From an uncultured Lachnospiraceae bacterium (GTDB lineage: Bacteria > Bacillota > Clostridia > Lachnospirales > Anaerotignaceae), in contig CALWHO010000181.1 in assembly GCA_944380405.1 (NCBI GenBank), positions 74 to 64,073 on the forward strand: a stretch of 64,000 bases of DNA. Reading direction: 5' to 3'. The translations under genes and the position numbers were made by a program. The notes beneath the pieces are model-generated. The model had not been told where the DNA came from. It did not search any database and saw only the letters and a program-made list of their open reading frames with translations. This document shows, in pieces, positions 17,008-27,737 of this stretch (the first letter of the stretch is position 1; each line of letters opens with the position of its first letter).

Positions 17008-17048
17008 AAAAACATATCCCACCAGCCATGAATAACAAAAGGCGTGGC
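17008..17048. repeat. F2 partial unit D (terminal hairpin only)
   Basis: cccaccagccatgaataacaaaaggcgtggc matches the 3' end of units A-C. Confidence 0.7.
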
Positions 17049-17051
17049 AAA

Positions 17052-17080
17052 TAAAAAGCTGCCCCTCTGGACAGCCTTTC
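17052..17080 (-). terminator. intrinsic terminator of the dnaI-like gene
   Basis: On the minus strand the hairpin gctgtcc-aga-gggcagc is followed by TTTTT. Confidence 0.55.
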
Positions 17081-17082
17081 TT

Positions 17083-18066
17083 TTATCCTCTGAATTTTTT
17101 AAGTATCCTTATGTCGCTTCCTACAAACTTAAGTATCCTGTACTCACCCATAATACGGCTTGATACTCTTTCGCCGTATTTTGCCGCCAAATCCTCCAGT
17201 GTAAAATTGGTGGATATTATAACAGGCTTTTTGTCTATGCTTCTTGTGTTAATGATGTTGAAAAGTGCAGAAACAGTAAATGAAGTTGAAAACTCTGTTC
17301 CAAGGTCGTCTATAATAAGTAAGTCAGCAGAAGCGATGTCCTCCATGCAGTCGGAAAACTCTTTTTCCTCATCACCGAAACGCTCTTTTTCTAATTCCTT
17401 AAAAAGCTGTGACGCTGTTACATACATAACAGTAAAGCCTTTTTTAACAACTTCTTTTGCTATGGCACCACAAAGATATGTCTTGCCAAGACCAGGGTTG
17501 CCGTAAAAAAGCAGATTGCCGCTGTCTTTGCCCATGTTTTGAGCAAACTTTAAGCATGTGTTATATATTTTTTCTATATTTTTTCTATATGACATGCCAA
17601 AATCATTTTTTTCGTCACTGTAGTAAGAAAAATCGAAATTTTCAAATGTTTCGTACTTTCTTCCTACACCTGACATGTTGTATGCCGTATCCATAAGAAG
17701 CTGTGCAAAGCAGCTGCACATTTTGCCGTTAACAAAGCCAGTATCAGAGCATTTTTCACATTCGTACTTAATTTTAAGTTCGTCTTCGTCAATGTTATTT
17801 TCTTTTAAAAGCTCTTTTTTCCTGTTAATAAGAATGTCTTTCTCCTGCTGAAACGCCTCATTAGCGTTTTGGCTGTTGTCAGGTGAAAGAGCAGCTTTTT
17901 TTGCAGCCTCTATGCCAAGTATGTTTATTTTTCTGTCTATGTCTTCAATTTCAGGCACTTTTTTATAAACCTCGTCACGCCTTTGGTGCATCTGCCTTTG
18001 GGCGTTCATTCTTTTCTGGTCCATAAGTGAAAGTATTTTTTTGTATATAGCCAAACGACTTTCCAT
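17083..18066 (-). CDS. DnaI/DnaC-type helicase-loader ATPase
   Basis: It has an N-terminal Zn-ribbon-like CEKCSDTGF..GKMCSC, Walker A (GNPGLGKT) and Walker B (LLIIDDLG). Its ATG overlaps the stop of the upstream DnaD-domain gene (TAATG). Confidence 0.8.
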   Translation of the reverse strand: MESRLAIYKKILSLMDQKRMNAQRQMHQRRDEVYKKVPEIEDIDRKINILGIEAAKKAALSPDNSQNANEAFQQEKDILINRKKELLKENNIDEDELKIKYECEKCSDTGFVNGKMCSCFAQLLMDTAYNMSGVGRKYETFENFDFSYYSDEKNDFGMSYRKNIEKIYNTCLKFAQNMGKDSGNLLFYGNPGLGKTYLCGAIAKEVVKKGFTVMYVTASQLFKELEKERFGDEEKEFSDCMEDIASADLLIIDDLGTEFSTSFTVSALFNIINTRSIDKKPVIISTNFTLEDLAAKYGERVSSRIMGEYRILKFVGSDIRILKKFRG

Positions 18067-19001
18067 TATTCATTTTCCTTTCTAAGGTTTTCCATTTCAA
18101 GCTTCTCTATAAGAGAAAAATCGTATATACTGCCTACATTATTTGTTTTAGGTGCAGAAGTTTTTGGAGCAGTATTTTCTGCCTTTTGGTATCTTTCCTT
18201 TGCAAACTTTTCCTCTTCTGCCTTAACGCCATCAAGGGTAGTTATACCGCTATTTTTCCAATTAGTAATAATTTTATCTGCATAGCCAAAAGATGCCTTA
18301 CCTGTATTCATAACAGTCTTTTCACAGGCAAGCTCTATAACGTCCATAGGCATTTTGTATTCCTCAACCCATTTTTTCATTATTTTTTCTTCTGTATCAA
18401 TAGGGTTTCGGCTGCTTTGACCCATAGCACGCATTATCTGCCTGAAATCGTTATTATAAAGGTGAATTCGCTCAATAGCCTTATCCTTTGTTGTTATGCC
18501 GTTTTCTGCCCAGTCTATGGCTACACGCTCAATATATCGCATATTACGGTGGCCTTTTGATGTGCAGTATTCAAGCAGCAAATCAACAGCATCGGCATCA
18601 AGACCAAGCCAGTGATGAAAGCCGAATACTGCCGAAAGGTCGCTATGGGTAAGGAGTCTTCCAAGGTGTTTTTGGGCAGAGTCGAACATCTGTCTTATAT
18701 ATGGGTTTTTATCGGCGTATATTTGAAGCTCCTGAGCGTAATATGTAGGTCTTTCGTCAAATGAGAGCTTTTTTGTCTTTTTCTCCTGAGAAATAATAAC
18801 GCCCTTTTCATTCCAGAACTCCAACGCCATAGAAACCTTTAAAATATCGGCAGAAAGTATTTTGCTTAAATATTCTGCATCTGATATTCCTGTGCTTTTG
18901 GCACATATATAAACAGAAATATAAATTTCAGGCACAGAGCCAATATATTTTTTTATAAAACTGCCGTCTATATAGACAGCGTTAAATGTTGTATCGCTCA
19001 T
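18066..19001 (-). CDS. DnaD-domain replication initiation protein (DnaB/DnaD-like)
   Basis: The DnaD-type repeat region (...AIDWAENGITT..., ...IITNWKNSGITT...) is present. The gene is translationally coupled to the loader gene. The ATG at 19001 lies nine nt after GGAG. Confidence 0.7.
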   Translation of the reverse strand: MSDTTFNAVYIDGSFIKKYIGSVPEIYISVYICAKSTGISDAEYLSKILSADILKVSMALEFWNEKGVIISQEKKTKKLSFDERPTYYAQELQIYADKNPYIRQMFDSAQKHLGRLLTHSDLSAVFGFHHWLGLDADAVDLLLEYCTSKGHRNMRYIERVAIDWAENGITTKDKAIERIHLYNNDFRQIMRAMGQSSRNPIDTEEKIMKKWVEEYKMPMDVIELACEKTVMNTGKASFGYADKIITNWKNSGITTLDGVKAEEEKFAKERYQKAENTAPKTSAPKTNNVGSIYDFSLIEKLEMENLRKENE

Positions 19002-19069
19002 AGGTTTTTGCTCCAAGTTAAAATTATAATTTCAATTAAGTATACCATAAAAGCTCCTCTTTTGGACAA

Positions 19070-19110
19070 CAAAAAAAGCGGTACTCCAAAAAAGAGTATC
19101 CGCTTTTATT
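19070..19110 (-). terminator. intrinsic (bidirectional) terminator after the GT4 transferase gene
   Basis: The hairpin agcggtactc...gagtatccgct is flanked by an A-run and a T-run. Confidence 0.6.
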
Positions 19111-19113
19111 TTT

Positions 19114-20163
19114 TTAATGCTCATCGTCCTGATGCTTTATTTTTCTTCTGTTATTGAAGAAATAAATCAAAAGACTAAGTACAAAAATAGTAAGTATAAT
19201 TACAACGGCTGTCTGTGCGTTCTTAAACATAATAAGTATTGCCATAAGACCGCAGAATATGCTTATGCCGTAAAGTATCATTACCGCCTGTTTCTGGCTA
19301 AAGCCTCTGTCTATAAGACGGTGGTGAAGGTGACCCCTGTCAGCCTGCATAATAGGCTGTTTTTTTGCCATACGTCTAACCATAGCAAACATTGTGTCAA
19401 ATATAGGAAGACCAAGGCAAAGCATAGAAACAACAAGGGCAAGTATGGCATAGCCTTTAAACACGCCAAGTATACTTGATACAGCAAGGGTATAGCCTAA
19501 AAATGTTGCGCCTGTATCACCCATAAATATCTGGGCAGGGTTAAAGTTTCTTGGTAAGAATCCAAGGCATGAGCCTGCAAGAGCTGCCGTAAGAAGTATG
19601 GCTGTTTCTTCGCCAGTAAGTATACAAAGCACCATAATGCAAAGTGCCGCTATTGACGAAACACCTGCTGCAAGACCATCAAGACCGTCTATAAGGTTAA
19701 CAGCATTAGTAACGCCAACTATCCAAATAAGTGTTATAGGGCCGCTTAAATAGTCAAGGGCATGTGTAACTGGCCACATAACAACATTAATCTTTATGCC
19801 AAACATCATAGGCACAAGAGCTGCCAAAATCTGTACAAAAAACTTAAGCCTTGCTCTAAGGTTGTATATGTCGTCAAACATACCAAGTACAACTATCATT
19901 GCTGCACCTATCATAAAACCTATTAATTTTTTTGTTTCGCTGAATTCCACAAACCTGTATAAAAGCAGTACCGTAAATACAAAGCCAATTACTATGGCAA
20001 TACCGCCCATTCTTGGCATAGGCTCTTTATGCATACCCCTTGCCTTTGGGTAGTCAATGGCACCAAGCTTTATGGATATTGTCTTTGCCAAAGGCGTAAA
20101 GACATTGGAAACAGCAAATGCAGTTGAAAACGCTGCAATATATAAAACCCAGTTATGATCCAC
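19114..20163 (-). CDS. MraY/WecA-family undecaprenyl-phosphate N-acetylhexosamine-1-phosphate transferase (TagO/WecA-like)
   Basis: The 349 aa polytopic protein carries the FDDIYNL, NLIDGLDGLA and MGDTGATFLG motifs of the glycosyltransferase 4 family. Confidence 0.85.
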   Translation of the reverse strand: MDHNWVLYIAAFSTAFAVSNVFTPLAKTISIKLGAIDYPKARGMHKEPMPRMGGIAIVIGFVFTVLLLYRFVEFSETKKLIGFMIGAAMIVVLGMFDDIYNLRARLKFFVQILAALVPMMFGIKINVVMWPVTHALDYLSGPITLIWIVGVTNAVNLIDGLDGLAAGVSSIAALCIMVLCILTGEETAILLTAALAGSCLGFLPRNFNPAQIFMGDTGATFLGYTLAVSSILGVFKGYAILALVVSMLCLGLPIFDTMFAMVRRMAKKQPIMQADRGHLHHRLIDRGFSQKQAVMILYGISIFCGLMAILIMFKNAQTAVVIILTIFVLSLLIYFFNNRRKIKHQDDEH

Positions 20164-20183
20164 TTGAAAATCTCTCCCGAAAA

Positions 20184-20810
20184 TTATTTGGTGCCGAAAA
20201 TTCTATCTCCAGCATCTCCAAGACCAGGAACAATGTATCCGTTTTCATCAACTTTTGTGTCGTATGCTGCTGCATAAATGTCTACATCTGTATGAATATC
20301 CTGTATACCTTTTACGCCTAAAGGTGAAGCAACAATACAGATCATGGTTATTTTTTTAGCGCCTTTTTCTTTAAGGAATGTAATAGCAGCTTCTGCACTG
20401 CCGCCTGTTGCAAGCATAGGGTCAACAACAAATACTTCGCTTTCTTCTATTGAAGAAGGCACTTTGCTGTAGTATTCAACAGGAACAAGAGACTCAGGAT
20501 CTCTGTAGATACCTATATGACCTATTCTTGCATTTGGAAGAAGTGTTGTCATACCGTCAACCATACCGATACCTGCTCTTAGTATAGGCACAATTACAAC
20601 ATCTTCTGCAAGCTTTTCGCAGTCAGCAACTGCCATAGGAGTTTCAACCTTAACTGCTGTAAGAGGAAGATCTCTTGTAGCTTCGTATGTAAGAAGCATT
20701 GTAATTTCGTTTACAAGTTCTTTAAATTCTTTTGTGCTTGTGTTTTTATCTCTTAAAAGAGCCATTTTGCTTTTAATAAGAGGGTGTTCAGAAATAAAAA
20801 GTTTTCCCAT
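20184..20810 (-). CDS. upp: uracil phosphoribosyltransferase
   Basis: The sequence [16 protein letters not shown]...[12 protein letters not shown] is conserved. The ATG at 20810 follows GGAGG. Confidence 0.9.
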   Translation of the reverse strand: MGKLFISEHPLIKSKMALLRDKNTSTKEFKELVNEITMLLTYEATRDLPLTAVKVETPMAVADCEKLAEDVVIVPILRAGIGMVDGMTTLLPNARIGHIGIYRDPESLVPVEYYSKVPSSIEESEVFVVDPMLATGGSAEAAITFLKEKGAKKITMICIVASPLGVKGIQDIHTDVDIYAAAYDTKVDENGYIVPGLGDAGDRIFGTK

Positions 20811-20826
20811 AGTATCAAACCTCCAA

Positions 20827-21255
20827 TTAACCTTCAATCTGTTTAATACGTCTTACATGTCTTTCGTCATTTGAAAATTCTGTGCCAAGGAAGCACTTTA
20901 AAATTTCAATGGCAAGACCAGGACCTGTTACTCTTGCACCCATGGCAAGCATATTTGCATCATTATGCTCTCTTGTTGCTTTTGCTGAAAAACAGTCGCC
21001 ACAAAGAGCACATCTTATGCCCTTAACCTTGTTTGCAGTAATGGATATACCAATACCTGTACCACAAATTACAATACCTTTATCGCATTCACCGCTTGCT
21101 ACAGCTTCTGCTGCCTTTCTTCCAAACTCTGGATAATCGCAGCTTTCTTCAGAATATGTTCCGAAGTTCTTATATTCAATGCCTTCTTTTTCAAGGTATG
21201 CTATTACCTCTTTCATAAGGACATAACCGCCATGGTCGCAGCCTAAAGCTATCAT
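20827..21255 (-). CDS. rpiB: ribose-5-phosphate isomerase B
   Basis: The sequence [10 protein letters not shown]...[10 protein letters not shown] is typical of RpiB/LacAB. The ATG at 21255 follows GAGAGGAG. Confidence 0.9.
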   Translation of the reverse strand: MIALGCDHGGYVLMKEVIAYLEKEGIEYKNFGTYSEESCDYPEFGRKAAEAVASGECDKGIVICGTGIGISITANKVKGIRCALCGDCFSAKATREHNDANMLAMGARVTGPGLAIEILKCFLGTEFSNDERHVRRIKQIEG

Positions 21256-21282
21256 AATATAATCTCCTCTCAAAAAAACTAA

Positions 21283-21720
21283 TTATCTCTCAATAATATC
21301 TGCTGCTTCTGTTATATACTCTTTAAGCATATCAAAGCATTTTTCATAAACCTCAAGGCTACCGCCATAAGGGTCTGAAATATCTTCACTATGACCTGTA
21401 AACTCTGCAAGAGTAAATACAGGTTTATTAAGCCTGTTGCACACAGATGCTATCATTTGTTTGTGAGCACCTGTCATAGTAAATATAACATCGCTTTCGT
21501 TTATATCTTCTTCTGTTATCTGCTTAGAAACATGGTCTTCAAGCGAAAGCCCGTTTAACTGGGCTGCCTTTCGTGCATTTTCACTTGCCGGTGAAGGCTC
21601 AAAAACACTTATGCCTCTTGAAATAACTTCATATTCATCTGAAGGTAAAATACTTTTGGCAATAGCCTCAGCCATAGGGCTTCTGCATGTGTTGCCTGTG
21701 CATACAAACATTATCTTCAT
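21283..21720 (-). CDS. low-molecular-weight protein phosphatase (YwlE-like arginine/tyrosine phosphatase)
   Basis: The CTGNTCRS P-loop lies at the N-terminus, a DPYG motif is present, and the gene has ywlC-ywlE-rpiB-upp synteny. Confidence 0.85.
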   Translation of the reverse strand: MKIMFVCTGNTCRSPMAEAIAKSILPSDEYEVISRGISVFEPSPASENARKAAQLNGLSLEDHVSKQITEEDINESDVIFTMTGAHKQMIASVCNRLNKPVFTLAEFTGHSEDISDPYGGSLEVYEKCFDMLKEYITEAADIIER

Positions 21721-22776
21721 TTATATCACCTCTATAAAAGTATTTCCTGCCGCTTTTTTAAGCCTGTTCATAATAGCGGCACCTTCTCCCTGTTCCTGAA
21801 AAACTTCAGAATATACTATATCTATACCAAGGAAATCAAACTTTCTTAATATCTTAAATAAATTAGAGCCTATTTCCTCCTGGTCATCATATTTTCCAAG
21901 AGAAAGCACTGCATCAGCAGTATAAAACATAGCATTTTCATCTGTTGTCATTACTCCAACCTTAAAGCCAGCTTTTTGCTTTTCACATACAAAGTTATTT
22001 ATGCTTTCAATAACATTGTCTTTGCTGCCCTTTACAAGTATAACCTTTGCATTTGGTGAGTAATGAGTGTATTTCATTCCAGGTGCTTTAGGTGCTGCAT
22101 CAGTATTGCCCATACCGGAAATAGCAGGGTCAACATCTACATTTCCAACAACCTCTTCAAGCATTTCCTTTGTAATAGCTCCTGGTCTAAGTATTGTAGG
22201 AACGCCTGTACTTACATCTATTATAGTAGATTCAAGGCCAAAATGTGCAGCCCCTCCATCTATAATCATGTCTATTTTGCCGTCCATATCAAAAAGCACA
22301 TGGCTAGCCCTTGTAGGGCTTGGCTTACCTGAAATGTTGGCACTTGGTGCAGCAACAGGCACACCAGCAGCATTTATAAGGCTTCTTGCAATTTTGTTTG
22401 AAGGAAACCTTACAGCTACAGTATTAAATTTTCCTGTTACAGAATCAGGCACAATACTTTTCTTTTTAAATATAATTGTTATAGGTCCAGGCCAAAAAGC
22501 ATCCATAATCTTTTGGGCAGACTCTGGGATTTCTTCAGCAATAATATTAAGCTGCTCTCTTTCGCCTATATGAAGTATAAGAGGATTATCCGAAGGACGA
22601 CCCTTTGCTTCATATATTTTTCTGCAAGCCTCACCGTCAAGACCATTTGCTCCAAGACCATAGACTGTTTCTGTAGGAAAAGCTACCAACCCTCCTTTTT
22701 TGAGTATGTCGGCAGCTTCCTCAATAATTTTCAGATCAATATTTTCACTGTCAATAGTTTTAAATTTGGTTATCAT
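21721..22776 (-). CDS. tsaC: L-threonylcarbamoyladenylate synthase (Sua5/YwlC-type TsaC)
   Basis: The 351 aa protein has a YrdC domain ([12 protein letters not shown]...KGRP.DNPLI) plus a Sua5 C-terminal domain. Confidence 0.85.
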   Translation of the reverse strand: MITKFKTIDSENIDLKIIEEAADILKKGGLVAFPTETVYGLGANGLDGEACRKIYEAKGRPSDNPLILHIGEREQLNIIAEEIPESAQKIMDAFWPGPITIIFKKKSIVPDSVTGKFNTVAVRFPSNKIARSLINAAGVPVAAPSANISGKPSPTRASHVLFDMDGKIDMIIDGGAAHFGLESTIIDVSTGVPTILRPGAITKEMLEEVVGNVDVDPAISGMGNTDAAPKAPGMKYTHYSPNAKVILVKGSKDNVIESINNFVCEKQKAGFKVGVMTTDENAMFYTADAVLSLGKYDDQEEIGSNLFKILRKFDFLGIDIVYSEVFQEQGEGAAIMNRLKKAAGNTFIEVI

Positions 22777-23273
22777 AAATTAGCTCCGCAGCATTTCTTA
22801 TACTTCTTGCCGCTTCCGCATGGGCATGGATCGTTTCTGCCGATTTTTTCGCCTTTTACGATAGTACGGCTGTTTCTCTGTTCTTTGTAAAGTTTATCTC
22901 TTTCAGCTTTTGTAAATACGTTATCCCACTGTGGGAGGTTATAAAGGTGGTCGGCTTTGTATTCAACCATCTTTTTGTAAAGCTTATCAAAAGCTATTTC
23001 AAGGTTAACTTCTGTATCTTCCTCAAGGCTGTTTACATCGTAAGGTGTTGGAAGAACTTCGTTTATACCATCAATAAAAGCTACTGCATATTCAACAGTC
23101 ATGTTAAATCTTTCAGCTATTTCTTTAACTGTACCGCTGATATTAGTTACTTTTTCTTCAAGTATATATTCATAAATTTTCTGTTCTGCTGGAAGGTATA
23201 AATCCCAAACAGCATCAACACTTCTTCCTTCTTTAGTAAAAGCTTTTGTAAGCCACTGTTCATAAATGCTCAT
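22773..23273 (-). CDS. SEC-C motif (SecA-type zinc-binding tail) domain protein
   Basis: The 166 aa protein ends in [19 protein letters not shown]. Confidence 0.75.
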   Translation of the reverse strand: MSIYEQWLTKAFTKEGRSVDAVWDLYLPAEQKIYEYILEEKVTNISGTVKEIAERFNMTVEYAVAFIDGINEVLPTPYDVNSLEEDTEVNLEIAFDKLYKKMVEYKADHLYNLPQWDNVFTKAERDKLYKEQRNSRTIVKGEKIGRNDPCPCGSGKKYKKCCGANL

Positions 23274-23395
23274 TATATTTACTCTCCTTACATTTTTTAA
23301 ATCATAAAAAAATTCATTTAATAAAGAAATAATAATATATTATAGGTTATTATGCAACAAAAAACTTTCTTAAGACAGTATTTGCCACATTCCTT

Positions 23396-23427
23396 AAAAA
23401 GAACCTCCACTTTTGGAGGTTCTTTTT
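23396..23427 (-). terminator. distal copy of the duplicated pyrG terminator hairpin, with full U-tract
   Basis: aaaaagaacctcc-actttt-ggaggttcttttt. On the minus strand the stem is followed by TTTTT. Confidence 0.65.
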
Positions 23428-23428
23428 A

Positions 23429-23711
23429 AAGCAGTAGAAAAAATAGTTTTCACACCATTTTACTAATGCGGAAAGGCTTGGGAAACGAAGAGTTTCCCAA
23501 ATTTAATCCGCAGTAAAGAACCCGACGAACAAGGGCAGCACAGCTGTTTTGCGTAAGCAAAATTCCGACGGAATTCACTTCCGACGAGGAAAAACGACAA
23601 GTTTCTAGGCATAAATGCCTATGAAACTTACGTTTTATACCTATGTCTCTCGGCAAAGACTTGAATGTAATGAGTCTTTGCCGAAGGGTAGTGGACATCG
23701 TCCACACCCTC
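23429..23711 (-). repeat. E-family structured intergenic repeat, copy E3 (carries sub-module M)
   Basis: The reverse complement aligns with E1 and E2 at three points: the hairpin gcaaagac-tcattacattcaa-gtctttgc, the motif ggtataaaa, and the module cctcgtcggaagtgaattccgtc[insert]tgcggatt...gggaaactcttcgtttccc..cctttccgc. Confidence 0.8.
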
Positions 23712-23739
23712 AAAGAACCTCCGCTTTGGGAGGTTCTTT
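23712..23739 (-). terminator. proximal copy of the duplicated pyrG terminator hairpin, with weak U-tract
   Basis: aaagaacctcc-gctttg-ggaggttcttt starts 2 nt after the pyrG stop. It is identical to 23398-23425 at 26 of 28 positions. Confidence 0.55.
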
Positions 23740-23741
23740 AA

Positions 23742-25424
<1,683 letters not shown>

Positions 25425-25626
25425 TCACATTAAAGACAAGTTTTTATCTTTTAAATCCGCTTAAGAACATACTACCTCAATAATATTATTGATATATAAT
25501 ACCATATATTTTTTGTTTCCTCAACAAAATAATTGGCAAAATTACAACCAAAAAAATCCAGAAACATATATTATGATACTGCATATTTTAACAAATAACA
25601 TAACTTGTGTAATACTATTTTGCCGC

Positions 25627-25661
25627 AAAAAACCGCCGTATTCTATTTACAGCGGTTTTTT
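25627..25661 (-). terminator. intrinsic terminator after the cyclophilin gene
   Basis: The stem aaccgc...gcggtt is flanked by an A-run and a T-run. Confidence 0.6.
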
Positions 25662-25669
25662 AATATAAA

Positions 25670-26518
25670 TTATTGGTAAGGCACTATTTCTATTGATTCA
25701 ATAATTACATCTTCAACTGGCTTGTCATTTTCGCCTGTTTCACAGGCAGCTATGCTGTCAAGAACATCAAAGCCATCTATAAGCTGACCAAATATTGTGT
25801 ATCCAAAATCAAGGTCAGGTGTGCCACCAAGCTCATTATAATGTTCTATAGCTTCCTGAGAATAGTTAGTTCTGAACATTTTTCCTGTCTGCGAATTATA
25901 GAGAATTTCATTTTCACCATACTCGTCTACAACCTGCTGAACATATTCAAAATATCCATCGTAAATGCTTGGATTTTGAACTATATAAAACTGGCTGCCG
26001 TTTGTATCATCACCACTATTAGCCATGCAAAGAGCACCTCTGAAGTGATACATGTCACCTGTAAATTCGTCCTCAAATTTGTCACCCCAAATACTTGCAC
26101 CTCCTGTGCCGTCACCGTTTGGGTCACCGCCCTGTATCATAAAGTTTTCAATAACTCTGTGGAAAGTAAGGTTGTCATAATATCCGTCTTTTGAATGAGT
26201 TACAAAGTTTTCAACAGCCTTTGGAGCTTGCTCTGGGCAAAGCTTAAACTTCATTTCACCGTAGTTTGTTTTGATTACGGCTATTTCTTCACCTGCTTCA
26301 GGCTCTTCAAGCTGTGGAAATGCTGTACCTTCTGTAAAAAGAACCTCTTTAAGTGCTGCTTCTTCTGCTGAAGCATCTGCACTTTCTTCATCCTGAGAAG
26401 AGCTTGCACTTTCCTGAGATGATGCTGCACTTGAGCTTTCTGAAGCACTTGTCTCTGATGATGAACAGCCTGCTAAAACCATAACAGAAGCTGTTAATAT
26501 TAATAATAATTTTTTCAT
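25670..26518 (-). CDS. cyclophilin-type peptidyl-prolyl isomerase lipoprotein
   Basis: It starts MKKLLLILTASVMVLAGCSS (lipobox), has a Ser/Glu-rich linker, and then a cyclophilin core (FHRVI.NFMIQGGDP). Confidence 0.85.
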   Translation of the reverse strand: MKKLLLILTASVMVLAGCSSSETSASESSSAASSQESASSSQDEESADASAEEAALKEVLFTEGTAFPQLEEPEAGEEIAVIKTNYGEMKFKLCPEQAPKAVENFVTHSKDGYYDNLTFHRVIENFMIQGGDPNGDGTGGASIWGDKFEDEFTGDMYHFRGALCMANSGDDTNGSQFYIVQNPSIYDGYFEYVQQVVDEYGENEILYNSQTGKMFRTNYSQEAIEHYNELGGTPDLDFGYTIFGQLIDGFDVLDSIAACETGENDKPVEDVIIESIEIVPYQ

Positions 26519-26626
26519 TAAACCTACTCCTATCATTTATAATATTTCTAAATTGTAGTTTCAAAATATAGTTTTGTCAAATAAAAATATCTTAAGCTTT
26601 AATAAATAATGTTAATATTTTGAAAA

Positions 26627-26664
26627 CAAAAAAAGCCTTGAAGCATAATGCCTCAAGGCTTTTA
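26627..26664 (-). terminator. intrinsic terminator after maf
   Basis: The stem gccttga...tcaaggc is followed by a T-run on the minus strand. Confidence 0.6.
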
Positions 26665-26668
26665 AATA

Positions 26669-27271
26669 TTATTCAGCCCAGAATGATGTTATGTCTATAC
26701 CGTGTTCTTTAAGGCTCTTGTAAAGAAGAGGTATAGGAAGACCAACTACGTTGTCGTAGTTTCCATGTATGCACTCAATAAATATAGAAGCCTTGCCCTG
26801 TATAGCATATCCGCCGGCTTTGTCGCTAAATTCAAAAGTATCAACATACTTTTCAATAAGACCATCAGAAATGTTTGTAAACTCAACATCTGTGCCATCT
26901 ACATAAGTTTCTGAAGTTGAATTTCCATTTTCGTCTTTATAAACAACAGTAAGACCAGTATAAACTGTGTGGTGCTTACCCTGTAAAATCTTAAGCATTT
27001 CAATAGCTTCTGCTCTGTTTGATGGCTTGTTAAGTATTCTGCCAAGGTATGTAACAACTGTGTCTGCACCTATAATAACAGCTTCGCCTTCTATATCTTT
27101 TGCAACTGCACTTGCTTTTAAGTATGAAAGTTCTTTAACTCTTTCGTATGGTGAGTTTTCAACAGCAATATCTTCGTCTACTTCGCTGCCTATTACCTCA
27201 AAAGGAATATTAAGTCTTTCCAAAAGTGCCTGACGTCTTGGTGATGTTGATGCAAGTATAATTCTTTTCAT
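26669..27271 (-). CDS. maf: Maf-family nucleoside triphosphate pyrophosphatase
   Basis: The sequence MKRIILASTSPRR...GGYAIQG is conserved. The ATG at 27271 follows AAAGGAG. Confidence 0.9.
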   Translation of the reverse strand: MKRIILASTSPRRQALLERLNIPFEVIGSEVDEDIAVENSPYERVKELSYLKASAVAKDIEGEAVIIGADTVVTYLGRILNKPSNRAEAIEMLKILQGKHHTVYTGLTVVYKDENGNSTSETYVDGTDVEFTNISDGLIEKYVDTFEFSDKAGGYAIQGKASIFIECIHGNYDNVVGLPIPLLYKSLKEHGIDITSFWAE

Positions 27272-27309
27272 AATACAATCCGCTCCTTTAAAATATAACT
27301 TCAATTAAG

Positions 27310-27567
27310 TCACATTTTTCTATAAATAAATATAGCAATTATTATGCCCAGTATGCCGCCTATTGTAAATTTTACGCTAAAGGCAAACTGCATAGTCAAT
27401 ACACCTAAGTCAAGCATAAATGGAGATGTTATTCCAAATGCACTGCCATATCCAAGCCATGAAGCACCAGGAACATTTCCCAAAATCTCACTTAAAAAGC
27501 CGCCTATAACTATACCTGCCAGTATAAGCACAATAAGCACAATATTGTTTTTGCTTCCCTTATACAT
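27310..27567 (-). CDS. DUF4321-type small membrane protein
   Basis: The 85 aa protein has two TM segments. The ATG at 27567 follows GAAGGAGG. Its position next to maf and the mre-type genes is typical. Confidence 0.6.
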   Translation of the reverse strand: MYKGSKNNIVLIVLILAGIVIGGFLSEILGNVPGASWLGYGSAFGITSPFMLDLGVLTMQFAFSVKFTIGGILGIIIAIFIYRKM

Positions 27568-27694
27568 ACTGACCTCCTTCATATATAAAAGCATAACAAG
27601 TTTATTTCTTAAAACATTTTACATACAATAATAAAAATATTCAATATTTAATACTTAAATTATTAAATTTTTTTCATCAACTAAAAATACGCAT

Positions 27695-27726
27695 AAAAAA
27701 AGACGGTATTAAAACCGTCTTTTTTA
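27695..27726 (-). terminator. intrinsic terminator of the rnf operon
   Basis: The hairpin aagacggt-attaaa-accgtctt is flanked by an A-run and a T-run. Confidence 0.7.
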
Positions 27727-27737
27727 CTGCAAAATAA

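Noticed and set aside
15884-17022. The long ORFs in the 16-17 kb gap (15884..16165 +, 16227..16418 -, 16288..16629 -, 16732..17022 -) as protein-coding genes.
   Set aside because: They have no RBS, and their sequences are translations of the tandem repeat. The same peptide, VKGKSRTHTKSVAQDGRAREG, appears in two of them. They are low-complexity and cross the repeat unit borders.
16022-17048. A CRISPR array.
   Set aside because: The repeat units are 200-440 nt long with internal hairpins. There is no 25-40 nt repeat alternating with unique spacers, and no cas genes in the window.
23429-23711. E elements as ORF-less class C group II introns, which are known to insert after terminators.
   Set aside because: Only E3 has a GTGTG near one end. 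I could find no domain V-like 34-nt bulged hairpin with an AGC triad or GNRA loop, and the elements are too short. This remains worth a formal covariance-model check.
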